From: an uncultured Gammaproteobacteria bacterium
GTDB taxonomy: Bacteria; Patescibacteriota; Patescibacteriia; Patescibacteriales; UBA12465
Reading direction: 5' to 3'
DNA: 64,000 nucleotides
NCBI GenBank assembly: GCA_964539545.1
Contig: CAZIJG010000003.1
Span: 4,924 to 68,923 of the forward strand
Made by a program: the position numbers and the translations under genes. This document shows, in pieces, positions 29,760 through 38,306 of this stretch; position 1 is the first letter of the stretch; every line of letters starts with the position of its first letter. The notes under the pieces were generated by a model. The model searched no databases. It was not told where the DNA came from and worked only from the letters and a program-made list of their open reading frames with translations.

Positions 29760-30621
29760 ATTTTAATATCTCGTTAATTTTTCTTAAATATTTAGACTCT
29801 ATACTAAACCATTGCCCTGAATGTTGTAATAATAAGTTCTTTCCTTCTAATAAATGGAAGTCTGATCCTCCAGTAGCAATCCAGTCTAATTCTTTAGCCA
29901 AATACTGGCTATACATAACTGCTCTGATTGAATGATGTGGAGATAATACTTCAATTCCATCAACACCAATCTTTTTTAATTTTTGAGATAAGCCCCCGGC
30001 ATACTTATTATGTTTACCGGGGTGACAAAAAATCAATTTACCACCAATTTTTTTTCTTAATTCTAAAATCTTATTAATATCTATATGTGTCTCAGATAAT
30101 ACTCCATATTTAGGATTAAAAAAATAATGATTCAAAATATCTTCTTCTCGTACATTCCTAGTCTTTAATTCTCTCTGCACTCGTTGATGATTATATGGAT
30201 GAGCATAGAAATCACCAGCTACCTTATTAACTGGAACGTAATGAGTATATTTATCCAGGATTTTTTCCACCTCTAACTTAAATCCATCTCTCTGTAAACT
30301 TTCTAAAATCTGTCTCACTCTACACCGACGTCTAATCTGAGTTTTACGTAATAAATCATGTAATCCTGCACCATTATCGTCAAAATTATACCAGAGCAAA
30401 TTAAAAGTTTTCTGATTTAAACGAGCATAAATCTCTACACCAGTAACAGCTTTCAAGCCTTGCTCTCTACAAGCAATTCTAAATTCTTTTTGTCCGCTCA
30501 CAGTATGATGATCAGTAAGAGAAGCAATTTCTATGCCTCGCTTAGCTATAAATTTAGCCAACTGAGTGGGCGTAAAAAAACCATCGGAATAAGTGGAATG
30601 AAGTTGTAAATCAATTATCAT
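29749..30621 (-). CDS. PHP-domain metal-dependent phosphoesterase
   Basis: IIDLQLHSTYSDG ... LTDHHTVSG ... GVEI ... HPG ... GGSDFH is the PHP-family histidine/aspartate ladder. Confidence 0.75.
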   Translation of the reverse strand: MIIDLQLHSTYSDGFFTPTQLAKFIAKRGIEIASLTDHHTVSGQKEFRIACREQGLKAVTGVEIYARLNQKTFNLLWYNFDDNGAGLHDLLRKTQIRRRCRVRQILESLQRDGFKLEVEKILDKYTHYVPVNKVAGDFYAHPYNHQRVQRELKTRNVREEDILNHYFFNPKYGVLSETHIDINKILELRKKIGGKLIFCHPGKHNKYAGGLSQKLKKIGVDGIEVLSPHHSIRAVMYSQYLAKELDWIATGGSDFHLLEGKNLLLQHSGQWFSIESKYLRKINEILKYAI

Positions 30622-30625
30622 TACA

Positions 30626-31672
30626 TTATCTTAAAATAGGTATTAATTTTCCTAAATTCTTGCCTAAATCCTCTAATAAACCTTTTGTTCTTTCAGGATA
30701 CGATTTACTACTAATCAACAGAAAAGTAGCAGATCTTAACGCTGTCCAATAATAATAGTTGCTAATACGTTGTTTTAAGCCAGAATCTAACTTTATTTTA
30801 ACATTTTTGAAATAATTATCCAAAAATAACTTTTGCAATTTTAGACTGTATTCAGGCTCTTCAATCTTACGATTAGCCATATATTCCACTTGCTGTAAAA
30901 AACAACCAATATCTCTAGCGAAGTCTGTTAAACAAAGATCTGTGAAATCTATTACCGCTACCTTCTCATCACTCAGTCTAATAATGTTTTCTGGATGAGC
31001 ATCTCCATGAACTAGCCAACGCTCTTTAGTTGAATTAAGAAACGTTTCCTCCTGATTAATAAAAAATTCATAGGCTTCCTTATATAACGGCACATAACTC
31101 TCATCATGTCGTCCAATAGCCTCCAAAACATATTCTCGTCCAGGAACCACAGTAACAATTCGACTATTTTCTGGATTAAAGTTTTCCGCTTTATCTATTG
31201 GTAGACTATGTAACTTACTGAACCACTGAGCGGCTTTGACAACAACTTTTTCAATAGTGACAAAATCTTTTTCTCTAATATAATGATATAAAGTATTTCC
31301 CTGTACACCACGATAAAATATTGAAGAAAACTCTTCTGAGAAGAACAGTGGCCTAGGAATAGTTAAATCACCACTATCAAAACCTGACTTCCATAGAAAT
31401 TTTAAAGAATCGTAAACATTCTTACGATTTTCATGGCTATGACCAGAACAAAAAATTGGTAAAATTCTTTCAATTGATCCGTTTTCTTCTTCAGAGACAA
31501 AAGTGGTATCAAATCCAAAGACTACGTGAAAGGAATCATCCCAAATCAATTTTTTATAGGGTTTAACTTTAACATCTTTCACGTCCACAAAACTGGGATA
31601 CATAGGTAAAATTTCTTTTTTAAATAATTCTTTAACAAATTGCTCATCTAAGAGCTGTTCAATCTTATTCAT
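30626..31672 (-). CDS. APH-fold (aminoglycoside-phosphotransferase-like) small-molecule kinase
   Basis: Catalytic loop LVHGDAHPENII and metal-binding VIDFTD (Brenner-type HGDxxxxN ... DFxD). Confidence 0.6.
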   Translation of the reverse strand: MNKIEQLLDEQFVKELFKKEILPMYPSFVDVKDVKVKPYKKLIWDDSFHVVFGFDTTFVSEEENGSIERILPIFCSGHSHENRKNVYDSLKFLWKSGFDSGDLTIPRPLFFSEEFSSIFYRGVQGNTLYHYIREKDFVTIEKVVVKAAQWFSKLHSLPIDKAENFNPENSRIVTVVPGREYVLEAIGRHDESYVPLYKEAYEFFINQEETFLNSTKERWLVHGDAHPENIIRLSDEKVAVIDFTDLCLTDFARDIGCFLQQVEYMANRKIEEPEYSLKLQKLFLDNYFKNVKIKLDSGLKQRISNYYYWTALRSATFLLISSKSYPERTKGLLEDLGKNLGKLIPILR

Positions 31673-31675
31673 AAA

Positions 31676-32842
31676 TTATTTTTTCCAATAATGTAACCAA
31701 TGGCGTTTCCAAATCAACTCCTTGGTTTTAATAAATATTTTTTCTGCTTTTAATTTTGTTTTACGAGTATTAGAGCTCTCTATAGATCGTATTGCCCGAA
31801 TGAACTCCTCTAGACCTCTTTCAATTTCATCTGGATTCCAAGCATAGGGTCCAAAATTATGATTAAAGTCTCTAGAAGCTGCCCACCAAAAAGTACAACT
31901 AGCTAATCCTCTGACCATATGCCAACGAGCCCAATAATATTGAGGATCTGACTGATTTTCCCAAACTGTAACTAAGGTAAGGTTAGCTAATTTCCATAAC
32001 AATTCATGAATTTTATTGTGCCTACCACTCCATAAAATATAGGGCTGGTTATCTAATAATTCTTTAGGCATAGATTCCCAACTACAAGCTAGGAGATTTA
32101 TTTTTACAATTTCCTTGCCAACCATATGCTCAGAAATAGTTTTTAACTCTAAACCTTCTTGTTTTAAAATATTTTCAAATTCACCAGTCGGGTCTTCATG
32201 TCGTAATCCATATAATTCTGCATCACTAGCTGTCACCACTAAATCCGGAGATTGTGAATCAGACTCTAGCTCCATTCTTAATTTTTCTGGGATATACGTA
32301 TTAGAAAAACGACGAGATCGAAAAACTACTTTCAGACCACTGTCTTTATCTTGATAAACCTTAGAAAAATCTACTTGATCAAACTTCCCTTTATAAGCAA
32401 TCTCGTCCAAAATTATCCATTTATACTTCAACCTGACAAGGATCTTAGCGATCTCCGGACTAAAAGCCATTTCTGGCAAAAAGAATCCGCTAGGTTTTTT
32501 CTTTACTCCTAGTTTTTCTTTCAATATATCTTCCTGTTCTTTTATTTGTTTAATAATTTCTCTCTTCGGTAATAAAGGAAGAACCGGATGATAAGCTGCA
32601 GTGCTGACTATTTCTATTTGACCCTTTTCATACAAATCTCTGAATCTTTTGACCAACCATTCATAACCCATGTCACACAATCTCAAAATCAGGCAACCAT
32701 TTATATTTAAAGTAAAGCGAGCTTCAGGATTTTCTTCCAAAGCTCTTAAAATTCTACTATAGCTCTTCTCAACTGCTTCTTGGATATAATAATCCTTAGT
32801 ATTAGCCGGCTGATAAAGATGTAAGAAATTTATCCACTGCAT
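31676..32842 (-). CDS. Glycoside hydrolase family 57-like enzyme (short form, 388 aa)
   Basis: FLHLYQP, GQIEIVSTAAYHPVLPLL and FFLPEMAFS resemble GH57 conserved regions, including the nucleophile Glu context. Confidence 0.65.
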   Translation of the reverse strand: MQWINFLHLYQPANTKDYYIQEAVEKSYSRILRALEENPEARFTLNINGCLILRLCDMGYEWLVKRFRDLYEKGQIEIVSTAAYHPVLPLLPKREIIKQIKEQEDILKEKLGVKKKPSGFFLPEMAFSPEIAKILVRLKYKWIILDEIAYKGKFDQVDFSKVYQDKDSGLKVVFRSRRFSNTYIPEKLRMELESDSQSPDLVVTASDAELYGLRHEDPTGEFENILKQEGLELKTISEHMVGKEIVKINLLACSWESMPKELLDNQPYILWSGRHNKIHELLWKLANLTLVTVWENQSDPQYYWARWHMVRGLASCTFWWAASRDFNHNFGPYAWNPDEIERGLEEFIRAIRSIESSNTRKTKLKAEKIFIKTKELIWKRHWLHYWKK

Positions 32843-32844
32843 AA

Positions 32845-34311
32845 TTATTTATATTTAAGTGTTTCCTTATATAATTCCACATATTTTTTAGCTGGAATTT
32901 CCCAACTATTAGATTTTTTCATAGCTCTAGACACTAGCTTATGCCAAGTAGTCTTAGATTTTCTAGCTTCCAAAGCTCTAACTACGGCACCGAAAAAATC
33001 AAAAGGATTTTCATTTTTAAAAGTAAAACCTGTCCCTTTACCAGTGCTAGGATTAAAATTATCTACTGTATCATATAATCCACCCACCTCTCTGACAATT
33101 GGAATAACTCCGTAACGCATAGCGATTAACTGATTAATACCACAAGGTTCGTGATTGGAAGGTAATAAGAACAGATCTGATCCAGCATAAACCAAAGTTT
33201 CATATTTTTGATTCTCTTCATGAGAAGGAATAACTTTTAATGACTGAGGATATTTTTTAGCTACTTTCTGTAACTGTTTAATATAGTTCTTATCTCCAGC
33301 TCCAATCACAATAAGCTGTATTCCCAAACCCAGAATAGAATCTATAGTTTTAAGAATTAATTCAAAACCTTTCTGAAAGGTAACGCGAGAAGTAGAACAA
33401 ATAATTGGAACTTCGGGATCAATTGGTAAACCAAATTTCTTTTGTAGATAAGCTTTATTTTCTTGTTTCTCCGCTAACTGACTCCAATTATAATTTTTGA
33501 ATAATGTAGTGTCTTTTTCAGGATTATATGAATTATAATCAATTCCATTAACAATACCAAATAAACGTTTACTACGGTTTTTCAAAATACGGTGTAAGTC
33601 TTGACCAAATTTACGGGTCATTATTTCATTACGATATTGTTCACTCACAGTATTTATAGAATCAGCAGATAATATCGCCCGCTTGGCAAAATTAATATAC
33701 TCAATATCTTCATCTCCGATATAAGGTAATTGTTTTCGACCATAATCTTTTTTAACTGGTGGAACTTCCCACCAATTACGACCAAACTGAAATACTAGAT
33801 TATGGATAGTATAGACTGTTTTAGCTTTCTTCAAAGTTTTAGAATATCTAAAATCTGTTTTTAGATAATAAGGAATCAAACCAGTTTGCCAATCATGACA
33901 ATGCACAATGTCAGCAGAAAATTTCAAAAGAGAAACTAACTTTAGAGCCGCTACACTAAAAATTAAGAATCTTACATTTTCATGCTTTGATCCATATAAA
34001 GATTTTCTCTTAGAAAAATATTTAGTATTTTCAATAAAATAAACTGGCAAACCGTAGATACTGAATCCTTGCCAATAATTTATCCTAACTGCCTCTTTAG
34101 AATTTAAATAAACCTTAACATTAGAGAACACAATTTTGAGACTGTGTTTTTTCTTGTCTATAATCTGTCCATACAAGGGGGTAATAGCTATGACATCATG
34201 TCCTAGACGATGTAATGCCCTAGACAAACTACGACTGACATCTCCCAATCCTCCACTCTTGGAAAAAGGAGCCATTTCTGAAGCAATTTGGACTATTTTT
34301 AATTTTTTCAT
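32845..34311 (-). CDS. glgA: Glycogen/starch synthase (GT5), paralog 2
   Basis: SKSGGLGDVSRSL N-terminal motif and EPCGINQLIAMRYGVIPIVREVGGLYDTV C-terminal motif. Its ATG overlaps the ruvC stop by 4 nt. Confidence 0.85.
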   Translation of the reverse strand: MKKLKIVQIASEMAPFSKSGGLGDVSRSLSRALHRLGHDVIAITPLYGQIIDKKKHSLKIVFSNVKVYLNSKEAVRINYWQGFSIYGLPVYFIENTKYFSKRKSLYGSKHENVRFLIFSVAALKLVSLLKFSADIVHCHDWQTGLIPYYLKTDFRYSKTLKKAKTVYTIHNLVFQFGRNWWEVPPVKKDYGRKQLPYIGDEDIEYINFAKRAILSADSINTVSEQYRNEIMTRKFGQDLHRILKNRSKRLFGIVNGIDYNSYNPEKDTTLFKNYNWSQLAEKQENKAYLQKKFGLPIDPEVPIICSTSRVTFQKGFELILKTIDSILGLGIQLIVIGAGDKNYIKQLQKVAKKYPQSLKVIPSHEENQKYETLVYAGSDLFLLPSNHEPCGINQLIAMRYGVIPIVREVGGLYDTVDNFNPSTGKGTGFTFKNENPFDFFGAVVRALEARKSKTTWHKLVSRAMKKSNSWEIPAKKYVELYKETLKYK

Positions 34312-34796
34312 ATTTCAAACTTTAAACTAGCTGAAGCGCAAATAGCAACGGCCAAGGCGTCAGCAGCATCATCTGGTTTAGGAATTTCTTTTAAATTCAA
34401 TAATAGTTTAACCATTTTCTGAACTTGGATTTTATCAGCTTTTCCATAGGCTGAAACCGCTTGTTTTACCTGTAATGGCGTATAATGTTTAGTGGGCAAG
34501 CCGTTCTTAACAGCAGTTAATAATACCACTCCCCGAGCTTGACCAACTATTAAGGCAGTGGACACATTTTTATTAAAGAATAGCTCCTCCACTGAAACTA
34601 TTTCTGGTTTATATTTTTTTATAATTTTTTCTAACTCTTCAAATAGAATCAGCAAACGTTCGGGAAGTTCTAATTTAGATGAAGTCTTAATAGACCCGTA
34701 TTCTAAACATTCAATCTTGTTGACCTCATCAACGGTAATTACGCCAAAGCCAGTATCCGCAATTCCGGGATCTATACCTAGGATTATCTTTTTCAT
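34308..34796 (-). CDS. ruvC: Crossover junction endodeoxyribonuclease RuvC
   Basis: ILGIDPGIADTGFGVI ... ADALAVAIC. The ORF track starts at 34838, inside yebC; ATG 34796 (MKKIILGIDPG) fits better. Confidence 0.9.
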   Translation of the reverse strand: MKKIILGIDPGIADTGFGVITVDEVNKIECLEYGSIKTSSKLELPERLLILFEELEKIIKKYKPEIVSVEELFFNKNVSTALIVGQARGVVLLTAVKNGLPTKHYTPLQVKQAVSAYGKADKIQVQKMVKLLLNLKEIPKPDDAADALAVAICASASLKFEI

Positions 34797-34797
34797 A

Positions 34798-35508
34798 TTA
34801 AAGGTTGGCGTTAGTATAGAAGTCTGACACGTCTTCATTTTCTTCTAGTTGCTCAATAAAGTTATTTACTTTTTCTTTATCAGCCTCACTCAAATCTTTT
34901 CCCTCTTTAGCCACATATTCCAGTTCTGCTGATTCAGTAACAATATTTTTACTTTCTAAAAATGTTTTTACAGATTGTAGATCAGCGACTTTAGTAAATA
35001 CAGTCCAATTATCTCCTTCCGATTTAATATCATCGGCTCCGGCATCAATTAACTCCAGCTCTAATTCATCTTTATCAATTCCAGTAGCAATAAAAAGGAT
35101 TACTCCTCTTTGCTCAAAATTCCACATTACCGAACCAAGGGCTCCACCACTCTTAGAAAAATTATGACGCACTGTGGAAGCGCTACGGTTTTTGTTATCT
35201 GTCAAACACTTCACAATAAACTGAGTATTAACTGGTCCCATACCTTCATAGTATAATTCTTCAATTTGTTCTCCAGCCAACTCGCCAGTGCCTCTCTTAA
35301 CAGCTCTGTCAATATTATCTTTAGGCATATTAGCGGCCTTAGCTTTATCCATGGCCATACGCAAAGAAAAATTAGTATCCGGATCGGCCCCCTTTTCTTT
35401 GGCAGAGATAGTTATTAGATTGCCCAGCTTAGTAAAAATGGCTCCTCGCTTGGCATCAGTGACTGCTTTAGCTCGTTTAATTGTAGACCATTTGGAATGT
35501 CCTGACAT
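34798..35508 (-). CDS. yebC: YebC/PmpR-family DNA-binding regulator
   Basis: MSGHSKWSTIKRAKAVTDAKRGAIFTKL is the family signature. I prefer the start at 35508 over the ORF-track 35535. Confidence 0.9.
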   Translation of the reverse strand: MSGHSKWSTIKRAKAVTDAKRGAIFTKLGNLITISAKEKGADPDTNFSLRMAMDKAKAANMPKDNIDRAVKRGTGELAGEQIEELYYEGMGPVNTQFIVKCLTDNKNRSASTVRHNFSKSGGALGSVMWNFEQRGVILFIATGIDKDELELELIDAGADDIKSEGDNWTVFTKVADLQSVKTFLESKNIVTESAELEYVAKEGKDLSEADKEKVNNFIEQLEENEDVSDFYTNANL

Positions 35509-35570
35509 AGGTTTAAAAGCGTTAAATAGGGGCAATTTTCCTTGCCTCCGTGAATTAAGCTTAACTTAAA

Positions 35571-35599
35571 TTGAAATAAAAATCAATCTCTAATATAAT
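35571..35599 (+). promoter_or_regulatory. Sigma70-type promoter for the 35628 gene
   Basis: TTGAAA-17 nt-TATAAT, about 29 nt upstream of the ATG. Confidence 0.5.
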
Positions 35600-35627
35600 A
35601 GAAGTATAAACTATATTTTTAAAATTT

Positions 35628-36542
35628 ATGAAGATTATAAACTTAGATCAAGCAGTGATTAATGCTTTAAAATTTTTCACTAAAAATCAACCCCAACATG
35701 TTAATTTAAAAAGTTTTAAATTTCCCCTAGTGGCAGGTTCTGGCAATGCCTATAATACTTGTCAAATATTATTTTCTGATCAGCCAGCTATCATTGGCGA
35801 TGCAGACAGTTTTAAGTACATTGCGGAAAACTATAAACCATTAATTAAAAGGGGAGTCACTAAGGAGGCGGTTATTATCTCAGCTGCCGGAGAAAAAGAT
35901 TCAGTGTGGCAGGTGGAATTGGGTAAAAAATTAAAATTAAGAACAATCCTATTGACTTGTTCAGCTAACTCCAGTGCTGCTCAAATAGCTGATAAAGTTT
36001 ACACCTTCAGAAAAATAGCCGAACCATATACATATAATGTATCTACCTACCTAGGAATGATAATAGGACAAACTAAAGAAGATCCTAAAAATATTCTTAA
36101 AACCTTAAAAAAAATAAAATTTCCACGAGGCTTTAAAGACTATAAATCATATAGCTTTATCTTACCGGATAAATATGGAGCAATTACTTCTATGCTAGAA
36201 ATTAAAAAAAGCGAATTATTTGGACCTAAACTAAATCTTAGATCCTTTAGTCAAAAAGCGGCCAGACACGCTAAGTACGTAATTCCCTGGGACAAGGAAT
36301 TAGTTATTACTCTAGGCGGTAAAAATAAATACTTTGGAGATAAAGAGAATCGCTGGGACATTAAACTTCCTAAAAATCACGATTTTGGTTTAATGCTTTC
36401 TCTTACTTATTATCTTATCGGCAAAATCCAACAATCTAAACCAGACTACTTCAAAAAAAATATAGAAAACTATTGCCAAGACTATGGTCCCAGGGCATAC
36501 GGAAAGAATAAACCATTTGATGTAGTTGTGCCAGGAAACTAA
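35628..36542 (+). CDS. Hypothetical protein with possible SIS (sugar isomerase)-like fold
   Basis: The pattern VAGSGNAY ... VIISAAGEKDS ... ILLTCSANSSAAQIADKV resembles SIS-domain spacing. The assignment is weak and made by eye only. Confidence 0.3.
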   Translation: MKIINLDQAVINALKFFTKNQPQHVNLKSFKFPLVAGSGNAYNTCQILFSDQPAIIGDADSFKYIAENYKPLIKRGVTKEAVIISAAGEKDSVWQVELGKKLKLRTILLTCSANSSAAQIADKVYTFRKIAEPYTYNVSTYLGMIIGQTKEDPKNILKTLKKIKFPRGFKDYKSYSFILPDKYGAITSMLEIKKSELFGPKLNLRSFSQKAARHAKYVIPWDKELVITLGGKNKYFGDKENRWDIKLPKNHDFGLMLSLTYYLIGKIQQSKPDYFKKNIENYCQDYGPRAYGKNKPFDVVVPGN

Positions 36543-36566
36543 ACAATAAAGTTTTTAGATAAAAAA

Positions 36567-36596
36567 AGAAGCAGAAATATAAAACTTCTGCTTTTT
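36567..36596 (+). terminator. Intrinsic terminator after the 35628 gene
   Basis: agcagaa-atataaaac-ttctgct, extendable to ~10 bp, followed by TTTTT. Confidence 0.7.
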
Positions 36597-36633
36597 ACAT
36601 TTCTTCTACTATTATTATATTGTCAGCCGTATC

Positions 36634-36662
36634 TTGACAAATATATTATATTATGCTATAAT
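36634..36662 (+). promoter_or_regulatory. Consensus sigma70 promoter for the 36690 surface-protein gene
   Basis: Perfect TTGACA-17 nt-TATAAT. An AAGGA Shine-Dalgarno sits 4 nt before the ATG. Confidence 0.65.
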
Positions 36663-36689
36663 TAACTACTAAGATATACTATAAGGAAT

Positions 36690-38240
36690 ATGAAAAAACT
36701 AGTAAGTTTCCTAACAATTTTAACATTTATTGTTTCTCTAAGCTTGCTCCCTACCGGAGCTCAAGCTCAAGTAGAAATCTTTAATATTCAGCTTAACTCT
36801 CTTAAAGATGGTCAGGCTGATTTGACTTGGAATACAAACGAAGAATCTAAAACTTATATCTATTTTGGAAAGTCTGCCTACGACCTAGATTCATATATCG
36901 GTAACACTGTTTTAAGTAAAATTCATGACGCTAGGTTAACTGGTTTAGAATCAGATACAGATTATTATTATAAAATTGTAGCTATTAGTGAAGCTGGCAA
37001 TCAAACTGAATCTTTTGTCAGATACTTTAATACCGATGATATGGAAGACACTAAGGCTCCAACAATGTCTAATTTTAAAATCCTTCAAGCTACTAACCGA
37101 GGAGTGGGCTTCAGTTTTACTACTAACGAACCGACTGAAGTCGATGTTTATTATGGATTCGATTTAGAATCTTTAGATGAACATTGGGGATCTGGAGATC
37201 TCGAGAAAAGTCATACTGTTATTATAAACAATATGAATTCCGGCTCTTATTATTTCATGAAAATAGTTGCTAAAGACGAAAGTGATAACAGCACTCTTCA
37301 TTATAGTAACGTTCAAACTCAAAATCATGATGATTATGATCAAACTACAATTTCTCAATTAAACCCAGAAAGTTACAGCCAAGCTAGGCTAATGCCTGAG
37401 AATGCTATTATTACTTGGAGAAGTAACGTTCTAGCTAAATCTGAGATTTTCTATGGAACTGAGGTTGATGATTTGGGAGATGACCAAGATGTATCGACTG
37501 AACATGTCTTAGAACATAGAGCAGCCTTAACTGATCTAATACCTAATACTACTTATTACTTTAGACTAAAATTAACTAGTGATTTAAATAATGATACCTT
37601 AGAAACTGATATCTATAGTTTCAAAACTACTGATTTGAGTTGGAACTATTTAGATTTGTATTATCATAGTGGAGATATTGTTAGCAAAGGAAATCGAGAA
37701 ACAAACTATTTAATCTACGACCATAATAAAATTCCTTTTGAAAACGGTAGTTTTGACAAAAGAGGTTATGATAAAAATATTCTATTAGAGATTAGTGAAG
37801 ATTATTTAAATGAGTATTACACCATGCCTGGTTATTATGGCATCTTCTATACTGGACAAGTAGTTAAGGAGGAACATAAAAGCACTGTCTATGTTATTGA
37901 TGGAAAATACAGAAAACCAATCGCTAATTGGATGGTATTCAAATATTTGAATTATAATATTAATGACATTGTTGTGACTGGTAGAAATGAAATAAACAGT
38001 TACGAGGAAACTGAACCAGTTTATCATTCTGCGGAAATCACTGGAAATATGCCTCTAGCTAATCAATCTTTAGTTAAGTCTCCTGAAGGAAGTGCAGTCT
38101 ACTTGATTGCTAACGGTCAGAAACTACCATTCTTCAATGAACAAGCTTTCTATAATCACCAACACTCCTGGACAGAAGTTCAAACTGTGCCTTGGCACAT
38201 CTTAGTTTCTATTCCAACGGGGCAAATAATTATAGAATAA
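36690..38240 (+). CDS. Secreted repeat protein: signal peptide, 3 FN3/PAP-N-like modules, and 3 C-terminal VY-I-x-G-K-x-P repeats
   Basis: Signal MKKLVSFLTILTFIVSLSLLPTGAQA. Three modules end in TDYYYKIVA, GSYYFMKIVA and TTYYFRLKL. Three C-terminal repeats are TNYLIYDHNKIPF, STVYVIDGKYRKPI and SAVYLIANGQKLPF. Confidence 0.6.
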   Translation: MKKLVSFLTILTFIVSLSLLPTGAQAQVEIFNIQLNSLKDGQADLTWNTNEESKTYIYFGKSAYDLDSYIGNTVLSKIHDARLTGLESDTDYYYKIVAISEAGNQTESFVRYFNTDDMEDTKAPTMSNFKILQATNRGVGFSFTTNEPTEVDVYYGFDLESLDEHWGSGDLEKSHTVIINNMNSGSYYFMKIVAKDESDNSTLHYSNVQTQNHDDYDQTTISQLNPESYSQARLMPENAIITWRSNVLAKSEIFYGTEVDDLGDDQDVSTEHVLEHRAALTDLIPNTTYYFRLKLTSDLNNDTLETDIYSFKTTDLSWNYLDLYYHSGDIVSKGNRETNYLIYDHNKIPFENGSFDKRGYDKNILLEISEDYLNEYYTMPGYYGIFYTGQVVKEEHKSTVYVIDGKYRKPIANWMVFKYLNYNINDIVVTGRNEINSYEETEPVYHSAEITGNMPLANQSLVKSPEGSAVYLIANGQKLPFFNEQAFYNHQHSWTEVQTVPWHILVSIPTGQIIIE

Positions 38241-38264
38241 AAATAATAAAAATTAAAAGCTAAC

Positions 38265-38297
38265 AAAAAAGAACCAAAATTTATGGTTCTTTTTTTA
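38265..38297. terminator. Bidirectional intrinsic terminator between convergent genes
   Basis: aaaaaagaacca-aaattta-tggttcttttttt: the stem has an A-run on one side and a T-run on the other. Confidence 0.75.
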
Positions 38298-38306
38298 TAT
38301 ATAATA

